Assembly (NCBI GenBank): GCA_050184115.1
Contig: JBFXAQ010000001.1
Span: 1,002,304-1,066,303, forward strand
Reading direction: 5' to 3'
Length of the DNA: 64,000 nt
Source of the DNA: Gammaproteobacteria bacterium
GTDB taxonomy: Bacteria; Pseudomonadota; Gammaproteobacteria; Ga0077536
Both the position numbers and the translations under genes were made by a program. Below the pieces are notes generated by a model that made no database searches, was not told the origin of the DNA, and worked only from the letters and a program-made list of their open reading frames with translations. Positions 9,031-17,924 of the stretch are shown piece by piece (the first letter of the stretch is position 1; the number at the start of each line of letters is the position of its first letter).

Positions 9031-9564
9031 GTGGGCAAAGCGTCCTATGATGGTCAGCGCACCCGTGCGGCGCAACTGCATGCGCGCCTCGTGCTGGCGC
9101 TCGTCGCGGCCCTGCTCGCACCGCGCGCCGGCGCCGCGGAGGCCGAGCCACCGCTGCGCGTGCGCGACGATACCGTGTTCATCCGCGCTCAACAGGCACG
9201 TCAGGCCGACGACGCATCAAGCCTGACCGTGAGCGGCGGGCTGTTCATGCGCAGCGGCGCGTGGACGGTGACCGCCGACCATGCCGTCATCAGCGGCCGC
9301 CTGCGCGACCCCGCGCGCATCGATGTCACCGGCGCGCCGGCGCGCATCCACGTCCAGGAAGGCGACGACGCCGAGGCATTCGAAGGCCAGAGCCAGCGTC
9401 TCGAGTTCGAACCGCGCGCCGAGGTCGTGCGCCTCGAGGGCGCGGCGCGCGTCGTCAAGGGCGGGCGCTCGGTCAGCAGCGAATCGATCAAGTACCTGCT
9501 CGATCGCGATACCTTTGCTGCCGGCACCGGCGGTCGCGTGCGGGTGGTGACGACGCCGCATTGA
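9031..9564 (+). CDS. LptA/OstA-like periplasmic beta-jellyroll protein
   Basis: C-terminal part of track ORF 8200..9564. GTG at 9031 follows a GAGG-GAG ribosome-binding sequence. Signal-peptide-like RLVLALVAALLAPRAGA; typical ITAD-like TVTADHAVI, LEGAARVVKGGRSVSSESIKYLLDRD and GRVRVV. Start is uncertain because it is only 33 nt from the divergent lptF-like start. Confidence 0.7.
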   Translation: MGKASYDGQRTRAAQLHARLVLALVAALLAPRAGAAEAEPPLRVRDDTVFIRAQQARQADDASSLTVSGGLFMRSGAWTVTADHAVISGRLRDPARIDVTGAPARIHVQEGDDAEAFEGQSQRLEFEPRAEVVRLEGAARVVKGGRSVSSESIKYLLDRDTFAAGTGGRVRVVTTPH

Positions 9565-9579
9565 GGCGTCGCGGCGGGC

Positions 9580-10338
9580 TCAGTTCGTGGCCGGTGTGCG
9601 TTGCCGCGCTGGTGGACACCAGCCGGCGACGATGCCGGCCGCGCGCTCGAGATCGGCGCGGTCGTCGATCTCGCCCCAACTGAGGCCGTCGATGGCGCAG
9701 GTGGTGACGATGTCCTCGCCTGCCAGGGTGTCGATTGCCGACAGGTACCACTGCTTGAGCCCACTGCCGTGGCGCATCATGAATTCGACCTGTTCGCGGA
9801 AGCGCTGCGCGCCATGGGCGTCGAAGTGCATCATGCCGATGGATTCGCCGGTGACGCGCTTGACGTCGAGTTGCTTGCCGACGCGGCGCAGGCGGCCATC
9901 CGCGACCACGACTTTCATGTCGTCCGCGTCGTAGCTCGGCTTGCTGTCGGTCACTAGCGTGATCGGCGCGCGCGCGCGGTCGTCGAGCAGGCGCTGCAGG
10001 ATCGCGGCCTCGAACAGCGTGTCGCCGTTGATGATGACGAAAGGCGCGGTCATCTCGTGGCGCGCGACCCAGCAGGTGCCGAGGTTGTCGCAGGCGGCGA
10101 AGAAGGGGTTGTAGAGCGCGCGGGCCGGTACGTCGTGCTGGCCCGCGACGATGGCATCGACGTAGTCGGCCCCGAAACCGGTCACCACCACCACCTCGTC
10201 GACCGCGCACTGGGCGATTTCGTGCAACTGCCATTCCAGCACCGCCCGTGCGCCCACCGCGAGCGCGGCCTTGGGGCGTTGTTCGGTCAAGGGCAATAGC
10301 CGCCGGCCCTGGCCGGCACTCAGGATGATTGCTTTCAT
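9580..10338 (-). CDS. Sugar-phosphate/phosphocholine-type cytidylyltransferase (NTP_transferase family)
   Basis: MKAIILSAGQGRRLLPLTEQRPK, INGDTLF, GESIG and WGEIDDRADL; LicC-like. In this locus it probably activates a head group. Confidence 0.8.
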   Translation of the reverse strand: MKAIILSAGQGRRLLPLTEQRPKAALAVGARAVLEWQLHEIAQCAVDEVVVVTGFGADYVDAIVAGQHDVPARALYNPFFAACDNLGTCWVARHEMTAPFVIINGDTLFEAAILQRLLDDRARAPITLVTDSKPSYDADDMKVVVADGRLRRVGKQLDVKRVTGESIGMMHFDAHGAQRFREQVEFMMRHGSGLKQWYLSAIDTLAGEDIVTTCAIDGLSWGEIDDRADLERAAGIVAGWCPPARQRTPATN

Positions 10339-10432
10339 GGTGGGGGACGGATTCCGCGAAAAAGCCGGCCCGGTGGCGCGGCGCGCGCGACTCTAACACG
10401 TTCGCGCGGGCGGTTCGACAGGTGGCGGTGAG

Positions 10433-11185
10433 TCACCGGCGCGCGGCGACCCGGCGGTTCCAGGCGGCGAGATTCTTCAGTGGGTCCTTGACGTAATGCG
10501 TCGCCTGCATGAGGCGCAGGATGCCGGCGTTGAACCAGGTGCCGACGGTGTCCATGGGGCGGTCGATGTCGATGAACAGTACGGCGCGGTACTCGGGCGT
10601 ATCGTTGCGCACCTCGTGTTCGTAGGTATCGTCGAAGATCACCGCCTCGCCTTCCCGCCAGTGGTAGATCTCGTCGTCGACGCGGATCCAGCAATGCTCG
10701 CGGTCGGCCGGGACGCGCAAGCCGAGGTGGCAACGGACCAGCGCGCGGGTCGGGCCGCGATGGGGCGGAATGTGATAGCCGGGCGCGAGGATCGAGAACC
10801 ACGCATTGAGCAGGCGCGGCAGGCTGGCGAGCAGGGCGGCGGTCTGGGGGCAGGCCGCGCAATTCTGCGCTACCGGCTGGCCGAAGATATAGAGCGCATA
10901 CGTCTTCCAGTGATCGCCCTTGGAGATCCGGTATTGGTCGGGCGAGATCTGGTGGAAGGCCGGGATGTCCTCGGGGTGAGTCCAGACCTGGTCGAACTCG
11001 CGACGTACACCCGGCCATGCCGCTTCGAGGCGCGGGACCCAGTCGAAGGTGTCGTTGGGCAGGACCGGGGCGGTGCCGATGAGCGAGTGGCGAGCCTGGA
11101 AATCGGTCACGGCGCGCAGGAACTGCTTGCCGGCGCGGTGAACCAGCGCGCGGCGCCAGCGGTAGAAAGCGGACGTGTCAGTCAT
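10433..11185 (-). CDS. Aspartyl/asparaginyl beta-hydroxylase family Fe(II)/2-oxoglutarate dioxygenase (LpxO-related)
   Basis: FSILAPGYHIPPHRGP, RCHLGL and FDDTYEHEVRN motifs. ATG at 11185 overlaps the upstream stop by 8 nt. Confidence 0.85.
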   Translation of the reverse strand: MTDTSAFYRWRRALVHRAGKQFLRAVTDFQARHSLIGTAPVLPNDTFDWVPRLEAAWPGVRREFDQVWTHPEDIPAFHQISPDQYRISKGDHWKTYALYIFGQPVAQNCAACPQTAALLASLPRLLNAWFSILAPGYHIPPHRGPTRALVRCHLGLRVPADREHCWIRVDDEIYHWREGEAVIFDDTYEHEVRNDTPEYRAVLFIDIDRPMDTVGTWFNAGILRLMQATHYVKDPLKNLAAWNRRVAARR

Positions 11186-11969
11186 GCGCCAGGATCCTCT
11201 CGGCAAGCGCGTGGTCGGCGGCCGAGTCGACGTCGACCGCGGCACGGGGTTCATCGATCGTGATGGCGGCGATCGCGGCGCCGGCGCGCGCCGACAGGCG
11301 GGCCAGGGCCTGCGCGCGGTCGAGGCGTCCGCCGAGGTAGCGCAGCAGGGTGCCGAAGCCGATCCCGTGCGCGATTCGCCAGGGTCGCTTGCGTTCGCGT
11401 TCGAGCGTGCGCCAGTAGGCGAGTGCGGTGAGCGCCCGCGGCGTGCGCAGCAGGAACAGGTTCGACCCGCAGCAGGCACCGTCGGCGAAGCGCAACAGGG
11501 TCCGTTGCGATTCCGGCCACGCCGCGTGGACGCGCGACCAGGGCACGAGGCCGATGACGACGTCCGCTGTGACCGCGGCCGCGCGCGTACAGAAGTCGTC
11601 GACGATGGCCGGGGTCAGCAGGGCGTGGTCGCCGGCGGTGAGCAACAGGGGAAAGCATTCGAGCGCGCTGGCGCCGACCATGGCGCTGGCCGAGGGACCG
11701 TCGGCGGGCGCCAGCCAGCGGTAATCGCCGGCCTCGAGCAGGCCACGCAGGCCGGCGTCGCCGGCGACGATGGCCGCCGCCGGCCCGACCACCACGCCGC
11801 CGGCGACGTGACGACTGGCGCGCAGCGCATCGAGCACCCTGGCCAGGCAGCTGCGGCCATGAACTTCCACCAGCACGCCGGCCGGCAGACCGTGGCTGCG
11901 CGCGAGTGCGTTACCGCCGGGACGCTCGCCGGCCAGGACCACCGCCCGCACCGATGGCGCGGCGCTCAT
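11178..11969 (-). CDS. MobA-like NTP transferase domain protein
   Basis: C-terminal part of track ORF 11178..13118: AVVLAGERPGG, LLTAGDHALL, GSNLF and AAVDVDSAADH. Confidence 0.75.
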   Translation of the reverse strand: MSAAPSVRAVVLAGERPGGNALARSHGLPAGVLVEVHGRSCLARVLDALRASRHVAGGVVVGPAAAIVAGDAGLRGLLEAGDYRWLAPADGPSASAMVGASALECFPLLLTAGDHALLTPAIVDDFCTRAAAVTADVVIGLVPWSRVHAAWPESQRTLLRFADGACCGSNLFLLRTPRALTALAYWRTLERERKRPWRIAHGIGFGTLLRYLGGRLDRAQALARLSARAGAAIAAITIDEPRAAVDVDSAADHALAERILAHD

Positions 11970-12055
11970 CCGTCGCCGTGCCGGCGGGGCGGTGCCGCGA
12001 CGGGAGCGTCGGGCAGGCCGGATCGGGAACGCGGGCACGAGCAGCGCACCGTCGT

Positions 12056-13198
12056 TCAGCCCAGGCTCTTGTCGTAGACCCGGTAGCGCTTGGTGACGTG
12101 GCCGCCGAGGGTCTCGATGATGTTCTTCATGGCCTCGTTCGATTCGAGGATCCACGACATCTCGACCTCTTCGAGGCCCTTGCGCAGGCCGGGGGCGCGC
12201 AGCGCCTCGACCACCGAGAGCGCGAGACCGGGTCCGTAGCGGGTGTTGTGCAGGCGGCGGCGCACACCCATCAGCGGGATGCGCGCGCTGCGCGGGTAAC
12301 CGAACTTGAGTCGCCGCAGGAGCTTGAGCCAGCCGCCGGGCCACAGTCGGCCGTCGAGATCGGCGATGCACTCGTTGACGTTCGGCAGCAGCACGATGAA
12401 GGCCACCGGTTCGCCCTTCATCTCCGCGATCTGGATGAAGTCGGGCGGGATGATCATCAGCATCTCGTGACCGATGGTGCGGAATTCGTGCGCGGTGAAT
12501 GGGACGAAGCCCCAGTTGTCGGCCCAGGCGTCGTTGAAGATGTCGCGCAGGATGTCGAGGTCGGCATCCTTGCGCCGCGGGTCCAGCGGGCGGATGGTGA
12601 CGTCGCGCTGCAGGCGTGCGTAGAGCGATCGCATCACCGGCGGCGGCTGGAAATCGGCCGGGATGAGGTAAGCGAACATGTCGGCGGCCTTGGTGTAGCC
12701 GAGCGTTTCGAGCGCCGGCCCGTAGAAGGGGCGCGCATGGGTCATCATGAAATACGGCGGCGTGTCGAAGCCCTCGACCAGCAGCCCCACTTCCTGGTTG
12801 ATGTTGAAGCCGAACGGTCCGCGCACGCGGCGCAAGCCGCGCGCGCGCAACCAATCCTCGGCGCTGCGTGTCAGCACGCCCAATACTTCGGCGTCGATAC
12901 CCTCGATGAAGCCGAAGAAACCGGTGTCGTCGGTGTGGCGTTCGAGGTGCAGGCGATCGACCTGGGCGGTGATGCGGCCGACCGCGCGGCCGTCGCGGTA
13001 GGCGACCCAGCCCTGCCAGTCGAGGTGCTCGAAGACCGGCTGCTTGGGTGCCAGGACCTCCTTCCGCTCCAGCAGCAGCGGCGGTACCCAGTGGGGATCG
13101 TCGCCGTAGATGGCCCACGGCACGCGCACGAAATCGTCGCGGGTACGGCGGTTGTCGACCGGGTGGAGGATGAGTCCGCCCGCGCGGTTCTGGGTCAT
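12056..13198 (-). CDS. GNAT-fold N-acyltransferase, bacterial ceramide synthase (bCerS)-like
   Basis: PWAIYGDDPHWVPPL, GFFGFIE, GLLVEGFDTPPYFMMTH, FNDAWADNWGFVPFT and EMSWILESN...KRYRVYDK match my recollection of the bCerS family. About 380 aa and in the spt locus. Confidence 0.8.
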   Translation of the reverse strand: MTQNRAGGLILHPVDNRRTRDDFVRVPWAIYGDDPHWVPPLLLERKEVLAPKQPVFEHLDWQGWVAYRDGRAVGRITAQVDRLHLERHTDDTGFFGFIEGIDAEVLGVLTRSAEDWLRARGLRRVRGPFGFNINQEVGLLVEGFDTPPYFMMTHARPFYGPALETLGYTKAADMFAYLIPADFQPPPVMRSLYARLQRDVTIRPLDPRRKDADLDILRDIFNDAWADNWGFVPFTAHEFRTIGHEMLMIIPPDFIQIAEMKGEPVAFIVLLPNVNECIADLDGRLWPGGWLKLLRRLKFGYPRSARIPLMGVRRRLHNTRYGPGLALSVVEALRAPGLRKGLEEVEMSWILESNEAMKNIIETLGGHVTKRYRVYDKSLG

Positions 13199-13325
13199 GG
13201 CGAGCCGTCCGGGGAGCCGGCAGCGGGCCGGCGAGGGCGCATGGTAGCCAACCGGCCGCGGCGAGGGAACCGCGTCACGGGCGGCTGACTTATACTGCGC
13301 GCACCATTCAAGCAGGGGAGTTGCG

Positions 13326-13772
13326 ATGAAGCCGAAAGTTGCGCAGGAATACGTCCAGGTGCAGGACCTCGAGTGGCAACCGTTCCCGGACGCCTTCTCC
13401 GAAGGTGGTATCCGCTGGAAGCTGCTGCACGTGTCGCCCGAGATGGGTGCGTGGACGGCTATCTTCGATTGCCCGGCGGGCTCGTCGTTCGCGCGGCACA
13501 TCCACGTAGGCCCTGGCGAGTACCTGCTGACCAAGGGCAAGATGGAGGTGCGCGGCGGTGTCGACGAGGGCGGCGCGACGGCGCTGGCGATGGGTTACGG
13601 CTACGAGTCCTGCAACGCCCGTCACGACAAGACCTACTTCCCCGTGCCGAGCGAGTTCTACATGACCTTCCTCGGCCCGCTGCAGTTCATCAACGAAGAC
13701 GGCAGCCCGGTAGCCGTGGTCGGCTGGGAACAGGCCCAGGACCTGTGGTCGGCACAAATCGGGGCGGCTTGA
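13326..13772 (+). CDS. dke1: Acetylacetone-cleaving beta-diketone dioxygenase (cupin)
   Basis: PFPDAFSEGGIRW, WTAIFDCPAGSSFARHIHVGPGEYLLTKGKMEVRGG and FYMTFLGPL closely resemble Acinetobacter Dke1 as I recall it. Three-His metal site (HIH plus RHD). Confidence 0.8.
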   Translation: MKPKVAQEYVQVQDLEWQPFPDAFSEGGIRWKLLHVSPEMGAWTAIFDCPAGSSFARHIHVGPGEYLLTKGKMEVRGGVDEGGATALAMGYGYESCNARHDKTYFPVPSEFYMTFLGPLQFINEDGSPVAVVGWEQAQDLWSAQIGAA

Positions 13773-13780
13773 ACGATGCG

Positions 13781-13804
13781 GCGCGCGATCCCGCGATCGC
13801 GCGC
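13781..13804. terminator. Hairpin between convergent dke1 and tRNA-Leu, possible bidirectional terminator
   Basis: Perfect 10-bp stem GCGCGCGATC-CCGC-GATCGCGCGC. No clear U-tract. Confidence 0.35.
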
Positions 13805-13916
13805 TGTAACCCGCCGTGCGGCACGCAGCACCGGGCATGCTGGAGGCGATCTTCACGCGCCGTCTGTGCGAGCGCGGTCGGCGCGCGGCAGCGGCAGGAA
13901 GTCATTCACGCAGTGG

Positions 13917-14003
<87 letters not shown>

Positions 14004-14042
14004 AAGAGGCGCGCAATCTACCCATTCGGCCTGAGCGAGTCA

Positions 14043-16238
14043 ATGCGTCGTAAACCACCCCGAACGCCCCGCGGCGAGGCGACCGAGTACGAGCACGTCG
14101 AGGACCTGCCCGGTCGCGACGACATCCTGCGCGCACTTGCCGCGTTGGCGGCGCCGAGCGATTTCGACGGCATTGCACGAGCGCTGGGTGTGACGCGCAA
14201 GGCGGCTCGCCGCGCACTGGAGCGGCGCATGGCCGCGATGACCCGGGATGGTCAGCTGGTGCGTACCCGCGGCGAACGTTACGGCCTGGCCGAGCGCATG
14301 GAACTGCTGCCGGGGCGCGTGCTCGCGCACCGCGACGGCTACGCCTTCGTACGCCCGGAAGCGGGCGGCGACGACATCTACCTCGCGCCGCGTGAAGCCT
14401 GCCGGACCCTGCACGGCGACAAGGTGCTGGTGCGTGTCGCGGGCTTCGATCGGCGCGACCGCCCCTATGGTCACCTGGTCGAGATCCTCGAACGTGCCCA
14501 CGAGCGGATCGTCGGGCGCTACTTCCGCGATCGCGGCTTCGGCCGGCTGGTGCCTGACAACCATCGTCTCAACCAGGACCTGATCATCCCGGCCGGTGCC
14601 GAGGGTGGTGCCCACGACGGCCAGATCGTCGTCGCCGTCATCGAACAGCAGCCCGAGCGCCACCAGCAGCCGGTCGGGCGCATTGTCGAGATCCTCGGCG
14701 AGCACATGGCGCCGGGCATGGAGATCGAGATCGCGCTGCGCAGCCATCACCTGCCGTGCGAATGGCCGGTCGAAACCGGGCGCGAGGCCGCACGCGTGAC
14801 ACAGCGTGTGTCTCCGGCGGAGCTGGCGCGGCGTCGCGATTTGCGCAGCCTCGCGTTGGTCACCATCGACGGCGCCGATGCCCGCGACTTCGACGACGCC
14901 GTGCACGCGCGGCGCACCGTCCACGGATTCGTCCTGACGGTGGCCATTGCCGATGTCGCGCACTATGTCCGCCCGGGGAGCGCGCTCGACGACGAAGCGC
15001 GGCGCCGCGGCACGTCGGTCTATTTCCCCGACCGCGTCATCCCCATGCTGCCCGAGGCGCTGTCGAACGGTATCTGCTCGCTGGTGCCGGACGAGGAACG
15101 CCTGGCGATGGTCTGCGAGCTGACCATCACCGGCACGGGCGAGGTCCGCCGCGCACGCTTCTTCGAGGCGGTGATCCGCTCGCATGCACGTCTCATCTAC
15201 ACCGACGTGCAGCGCTGGCGCGACGGCGATGCCGCCGCGCTGCCCGGGCTGGCGAGGGCAGTGGCCGACAACCTCGGCGTCCTCTACGACCTCTACGGAT
15301 GCTTGCGCGAAGCGCGCGAGGCACGCGGCGCGCTCGACATCGACACCGTTGAACCGCGCTTCCACTACGACGACGCCGGCAAGATCGCGCGCATCGAGGG
15401 CACGGTGCGCGTCGACGCCCACCGGCTGATCGAGGAATGCATGATCGCGGCGAACGTCGCCGCCGCGCGGCGCCTCGAGCGCAGCCGTGAACCCGCGCTG
15501 TACCGCGTGCACGACGTCCCGGCAGAGGACAAGGTCGAGGAACTCGGGCGCTTCCTCGGCGAACTCGGTCTCGGTGGCCACCTCGGCCAGGTGGCGACGC
15601 CGGAATCGTACGCGGCGGTGCTGGCGGTCGCCGCCGGTCGCGCCGATCAGCGCCTGGTCGAGACGGTCCTGCTGCGCAGCCTCAAACTGGCCGTCTACAG
15701 TCCGGACAACAGCGGGCACTTCGGCCTCGCGCTCGATGCATATACCCACTTCACCTCGCCCATCCGCCGCTATCCCGACCTCGTCGTCCATCGCGCATTG
15801 AAGGCGGTGCTTGGCGTCGGCGAGGGCGCCGAGCAGGCCCACATGGCCGAACTCGCCGAACATTGCTCGATGTGCGAGCGGCGTGCCGACGACGCGTCCC
15901 GCGACGTCATCGCCTGGCTCAAGTGCGAGTTCATGCAGGAGCGCATCGGTGAGACCTTCCCCGGCATCATTTCCGGAGTCGCGGAGTTCGGCGTGTTCGT
16001 CGAACTCGACGACATCTTCGTCGAGGGGCTCGTGCACGTCACCGAGCTACCCGGCGACTATTACCTCTACGATGCTGCGCGCCACGTGTTGCGCGGGCGG
16101 GCCAGCCACCGCGAGTTCCGTCTCGGCCAGGCGGTCGACGTCCGCCTGGCGCGGGTCGACCTCGACGAACGCAAGATCGATTTCACGCTCGCCGACGCCG
16201 CCGTGGAACGCGGTCGGCGCGGCCGTCGCCGGCGCTGA
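14043..16238 (+). CDS. rnr: Ribonuclease R
   Basis: HRDGYAF cold-shock domain, TIDGADARDFDDAV catalytic motif, HFTSPIRRYPDL and C-terminal S1 domain. Confidence 0.97.
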   Translation: MRRKPPRTPRGEATEYEHVEDLPGRDDILRALAALAAPSDFDGIARALGVTRKAARRALERRMAAMTRDGQLVRTRGERYGLAERMELLPGRVLAHRDGYAFVRPEAGGDDIYLAPREACRTLHGDKVLVRVAGFDRRDRPYGHLVEILERAHERIVGRYFRDRGFGRLVPDNHRLNQDLIIPAGAEGGAHDGQIVVAVIEQQPERHQQPVGRIVEILGEHMAPGMEIEIALRSHHLPCEWPVETGREAARVTQRVSPAELARRRDLRSLALVTIDGADARDFDDAVHARRTVHGFVLTVAIADVAHYVRPGSALDDEARRRGTSVYFPDRVIPMLPEALSNGICSLVPDEERLAMVCELTITGTGEVRRARFFEAVIRSHARLIYTDVQRWRDGDAAALPGLARAVADNLGVLYDLYGCLREAREARGALDIDTVEPRFHYDDAGKIARIEGTVRVDAHRLIEECMIAANVAAARRLERSREPALYRVHDVPAEDKVEELGRFLGELGLGGHLGQVATPESYAAVLAVAAGRADQRLVETVLLRSLKLAVYSPDNSGHFGLALDAYTHFTSPIRRYPDLVVHRALKAVLGVGEGAEQAHMAELAEHCSMCERRADDASRDVIAWLKCEFMQERIGETFPGIISGVAEFGVFVELDDIFVEGLVHVTELPGDYYLYDAARHVLRGRASHREFRLGQAVDVRLARVDLDERKIDFTLADAAVERGRRGRRRR

Positions 16239-17008
16239 TGGCCGAGCGTGACCTGGTCATCGGCGGCTGGCACGCCGTGCGCCTGGCCCTGGAACTCGCG
16301 CCGGACAGCGCGCTCGAGCTGTGGCTGCGTCAGGGCCACGAGGACGAGTCCGCTGACGCGCTGGCGGAGCAGGCACGGCGCTGTGGTGCTGCCGTGCAGC
16401 GCGTCGAGCCGCGCACGCTCGATCGCCTGTACGGCGACGAACGGCACCAGGGCGTGGTGCTGCGGCGGCGGCCGCCGGCGATGCACCCGCTCGACGACCT
16501 GCTGGCCCGGGGCTCGACCACGCCGCCTCTGCTGCTCGTGCTCGATGGGGTACAGGATCCGCGCAATTTCGGCGCCTGCCTGCGCGCCGCTGATGGCGCC
16601 GGCGTCGACGCGGTGATCTATCCGCGCGACAAGAGTGCGCCCCTGTCGAGCGTCGCCGCAAAGGCGGCGAGCGGCGCGCTCGACACCGTCGCGCTGGTGC
16701 CGGTGGCCAACCTCGCGCGCGCGCTCGATGCCGTGAAGACCGCCGGCGTGTGGGTGACCGGGACCGCCCACGATGCCGCACTCGATCTCTACGCCGCGGA
16801 GTTCACCGCACCGGCGGCGTTGGTGCTCGGTAACGAGGGCAGCGGGCTGCGTCGCCTGACCCGCGAGCGCTGCGATCATCTCGTCCGCATCCCGATGGCC
16901 GGCCGCGTACCCAGCCTGAACGTGGCCACGGCCGCCGCCGTCTGCCTGTTCGAGGTGCGACGGCAGCGACGGGTGGGAAGCGGCAGCGACCATCGACCGA
17001 GCGCGTAG
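16238..17008 (+). CDS. rlmB: 23S rRNA (guanosine-2251-2'-O)-methyltransferase RlmB
   Basis: HQGVV, LDGVQDPRNFGACLR, GNEGSG and SLNVA (SPOUT fold); follows rnr. Confidence 0.95.
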   Translation: MAERDLVIGGWHAVRLALELAPDSALELWLRQGHEDESADALAEQARRCGAAVQRVEPRTLDRLYGDERHQGVVLRRRPPAMHPLDDLLARGSTTPPLLLVLDGVQDPRNFGACLRAADGAGVDAVIYPRDKSAPLSSVAAKAASGALDTVALVPVANLARALDAVKTAGVWVTGTAHDAALDLYAAEFTAPAALVLGNEGSGLRRLTRERCDHLVRIPMAGRVPSLNVATAAAVCLFEVRRQRRVGSGSDHRPSA

Positions 17009-17143
17009 CGCGGTAGGTCCATGAATCAATGGGTTGCGGTTGACGGCACGGGCTCGCCCAGAACCCGCGCCGCGCCTCCGCCGCCGCCTTTGCACGGCGG
17101 GCGCCGGCAGCCTAGAATACGCGCCCCCGCAAGGGCCACAGAC

Positions 17144-17194
17144 CTCCTTGCTTCACCGCCAGGTCGGGAAGCTTCATATCCGTAAGGAGCGCCA
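17144..17194 (+). promoter_or_regulatory. rpsF leader, S6:S18-binding-type cis-regulatory RNA
   Basis: CTCCTTGC (17144-17151) can pair with GTAAGGAG (17182-17189), sequestering the Shine-Dalgarno. A CCG lies just 5' of the SD strand, as in known S6:S18 leaders. Candidate -10 TAGAAT at 17113-17118. Confidence 0.65.
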
Positions 17195-17656
17195 ATGAGG
17201 CACTATGAAATCGTGTTTCTGGTCCACCCTGACCAGAGCGAACAGGTCGGCGCGATGATCGAGCGCTACCGGTCGATGATCGAAGGCAGCAACGGCCAGA
17301 TCCACCGTCTCGAAGACTGGGGCCGGCGCCAGCTCGCCTACCCCATCAACAAGGTCCACAAGGCCCACTACGTACTCATGAACATCGAGTGCGACGCGGC
17401 CACCCTCAACGAACTGACCAGCGCGTTCCGTTTCAACGACGCCGTGCTGCGCAACCTCGTGGTCAAGCGGGAAGCGGCCGTCACCGAGCCGTCGCCGATC
17501 GCGCAGGCCAAGGACGAGCAGTCCGAGCGCGACGAGGAGCGCAATCGTCGCCAGCGCGAGCGTGACCGCGAACGCGGTTCGTCCGACTCCAACTCCGACA
17601 AGGCCGCCGACGGCGCCGCCGAGGCGGAAGACAAGACCGAAAGCGCGGAAGCGTAA
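17195..17656 (+). CDS. rpsF: 30S ribosomal protein S6
   Basis: [30 protein letters not shown]; charged C-terminal tail. Confidence 0.98.
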   Translation: MRHYEIVFLVHPDQSEQVGAMIERYRSMIEGSNGQIHRLEDWGRRQLAYPINKVHKAHYVLMNIECDAATLNELTSAFRFNDAVLRNLVVKREAAVTEPSPIAQAKDEQSERDEERNRRQRERDRERGSSDSNSDKAADGAAEAEDKTESAEA

Positions 17657-17680
17657 CGGCGTAACAGGAGAATCCAGAGC

Positions 17681-17905
17681 ATGGCCAAGTTTTTCCGGCG
17701 GCGTCGCTACTGCAAGTTCACGGCCGAGGGCGTCCAGGAGATCGACTACAAGGATCTCGCCACCCTCAAGGCCTACATCACCGAGAATGGGAAGGTCGTG
17801 CCGAGCCGCATCTCCGGCACCAAGGTGCGCTACCAGCGCCAGTTGGCGACGGCAGTGAAGCGGGCACGCTACCTGGCACTGCTGCCGTATTGCGATGCGC
17901 ACTAG
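17681..17905 (+). CDS. rpsR: 30S ribosomal protein S18
   Basis: [35 protein letters not shown]. Confidence 0.98.
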   Translation: MAKFFRRRRYCKFTAEGVQEIDYKDLATLKAYITENGKVVPSRISGTKVRYQRQLATAVKRARYLALLPYCDAH

Positions 17906-17924
17906 CCACTGACGGCGAATCGCC

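Noticed and set aside
17500-17905. Charged C-terminal tail of S6 and extra Cys in S18
   Set aside because: S6 tails are commonly variable in proteobacteria, and S18 lacks a complete zinc-ribbon pattern.
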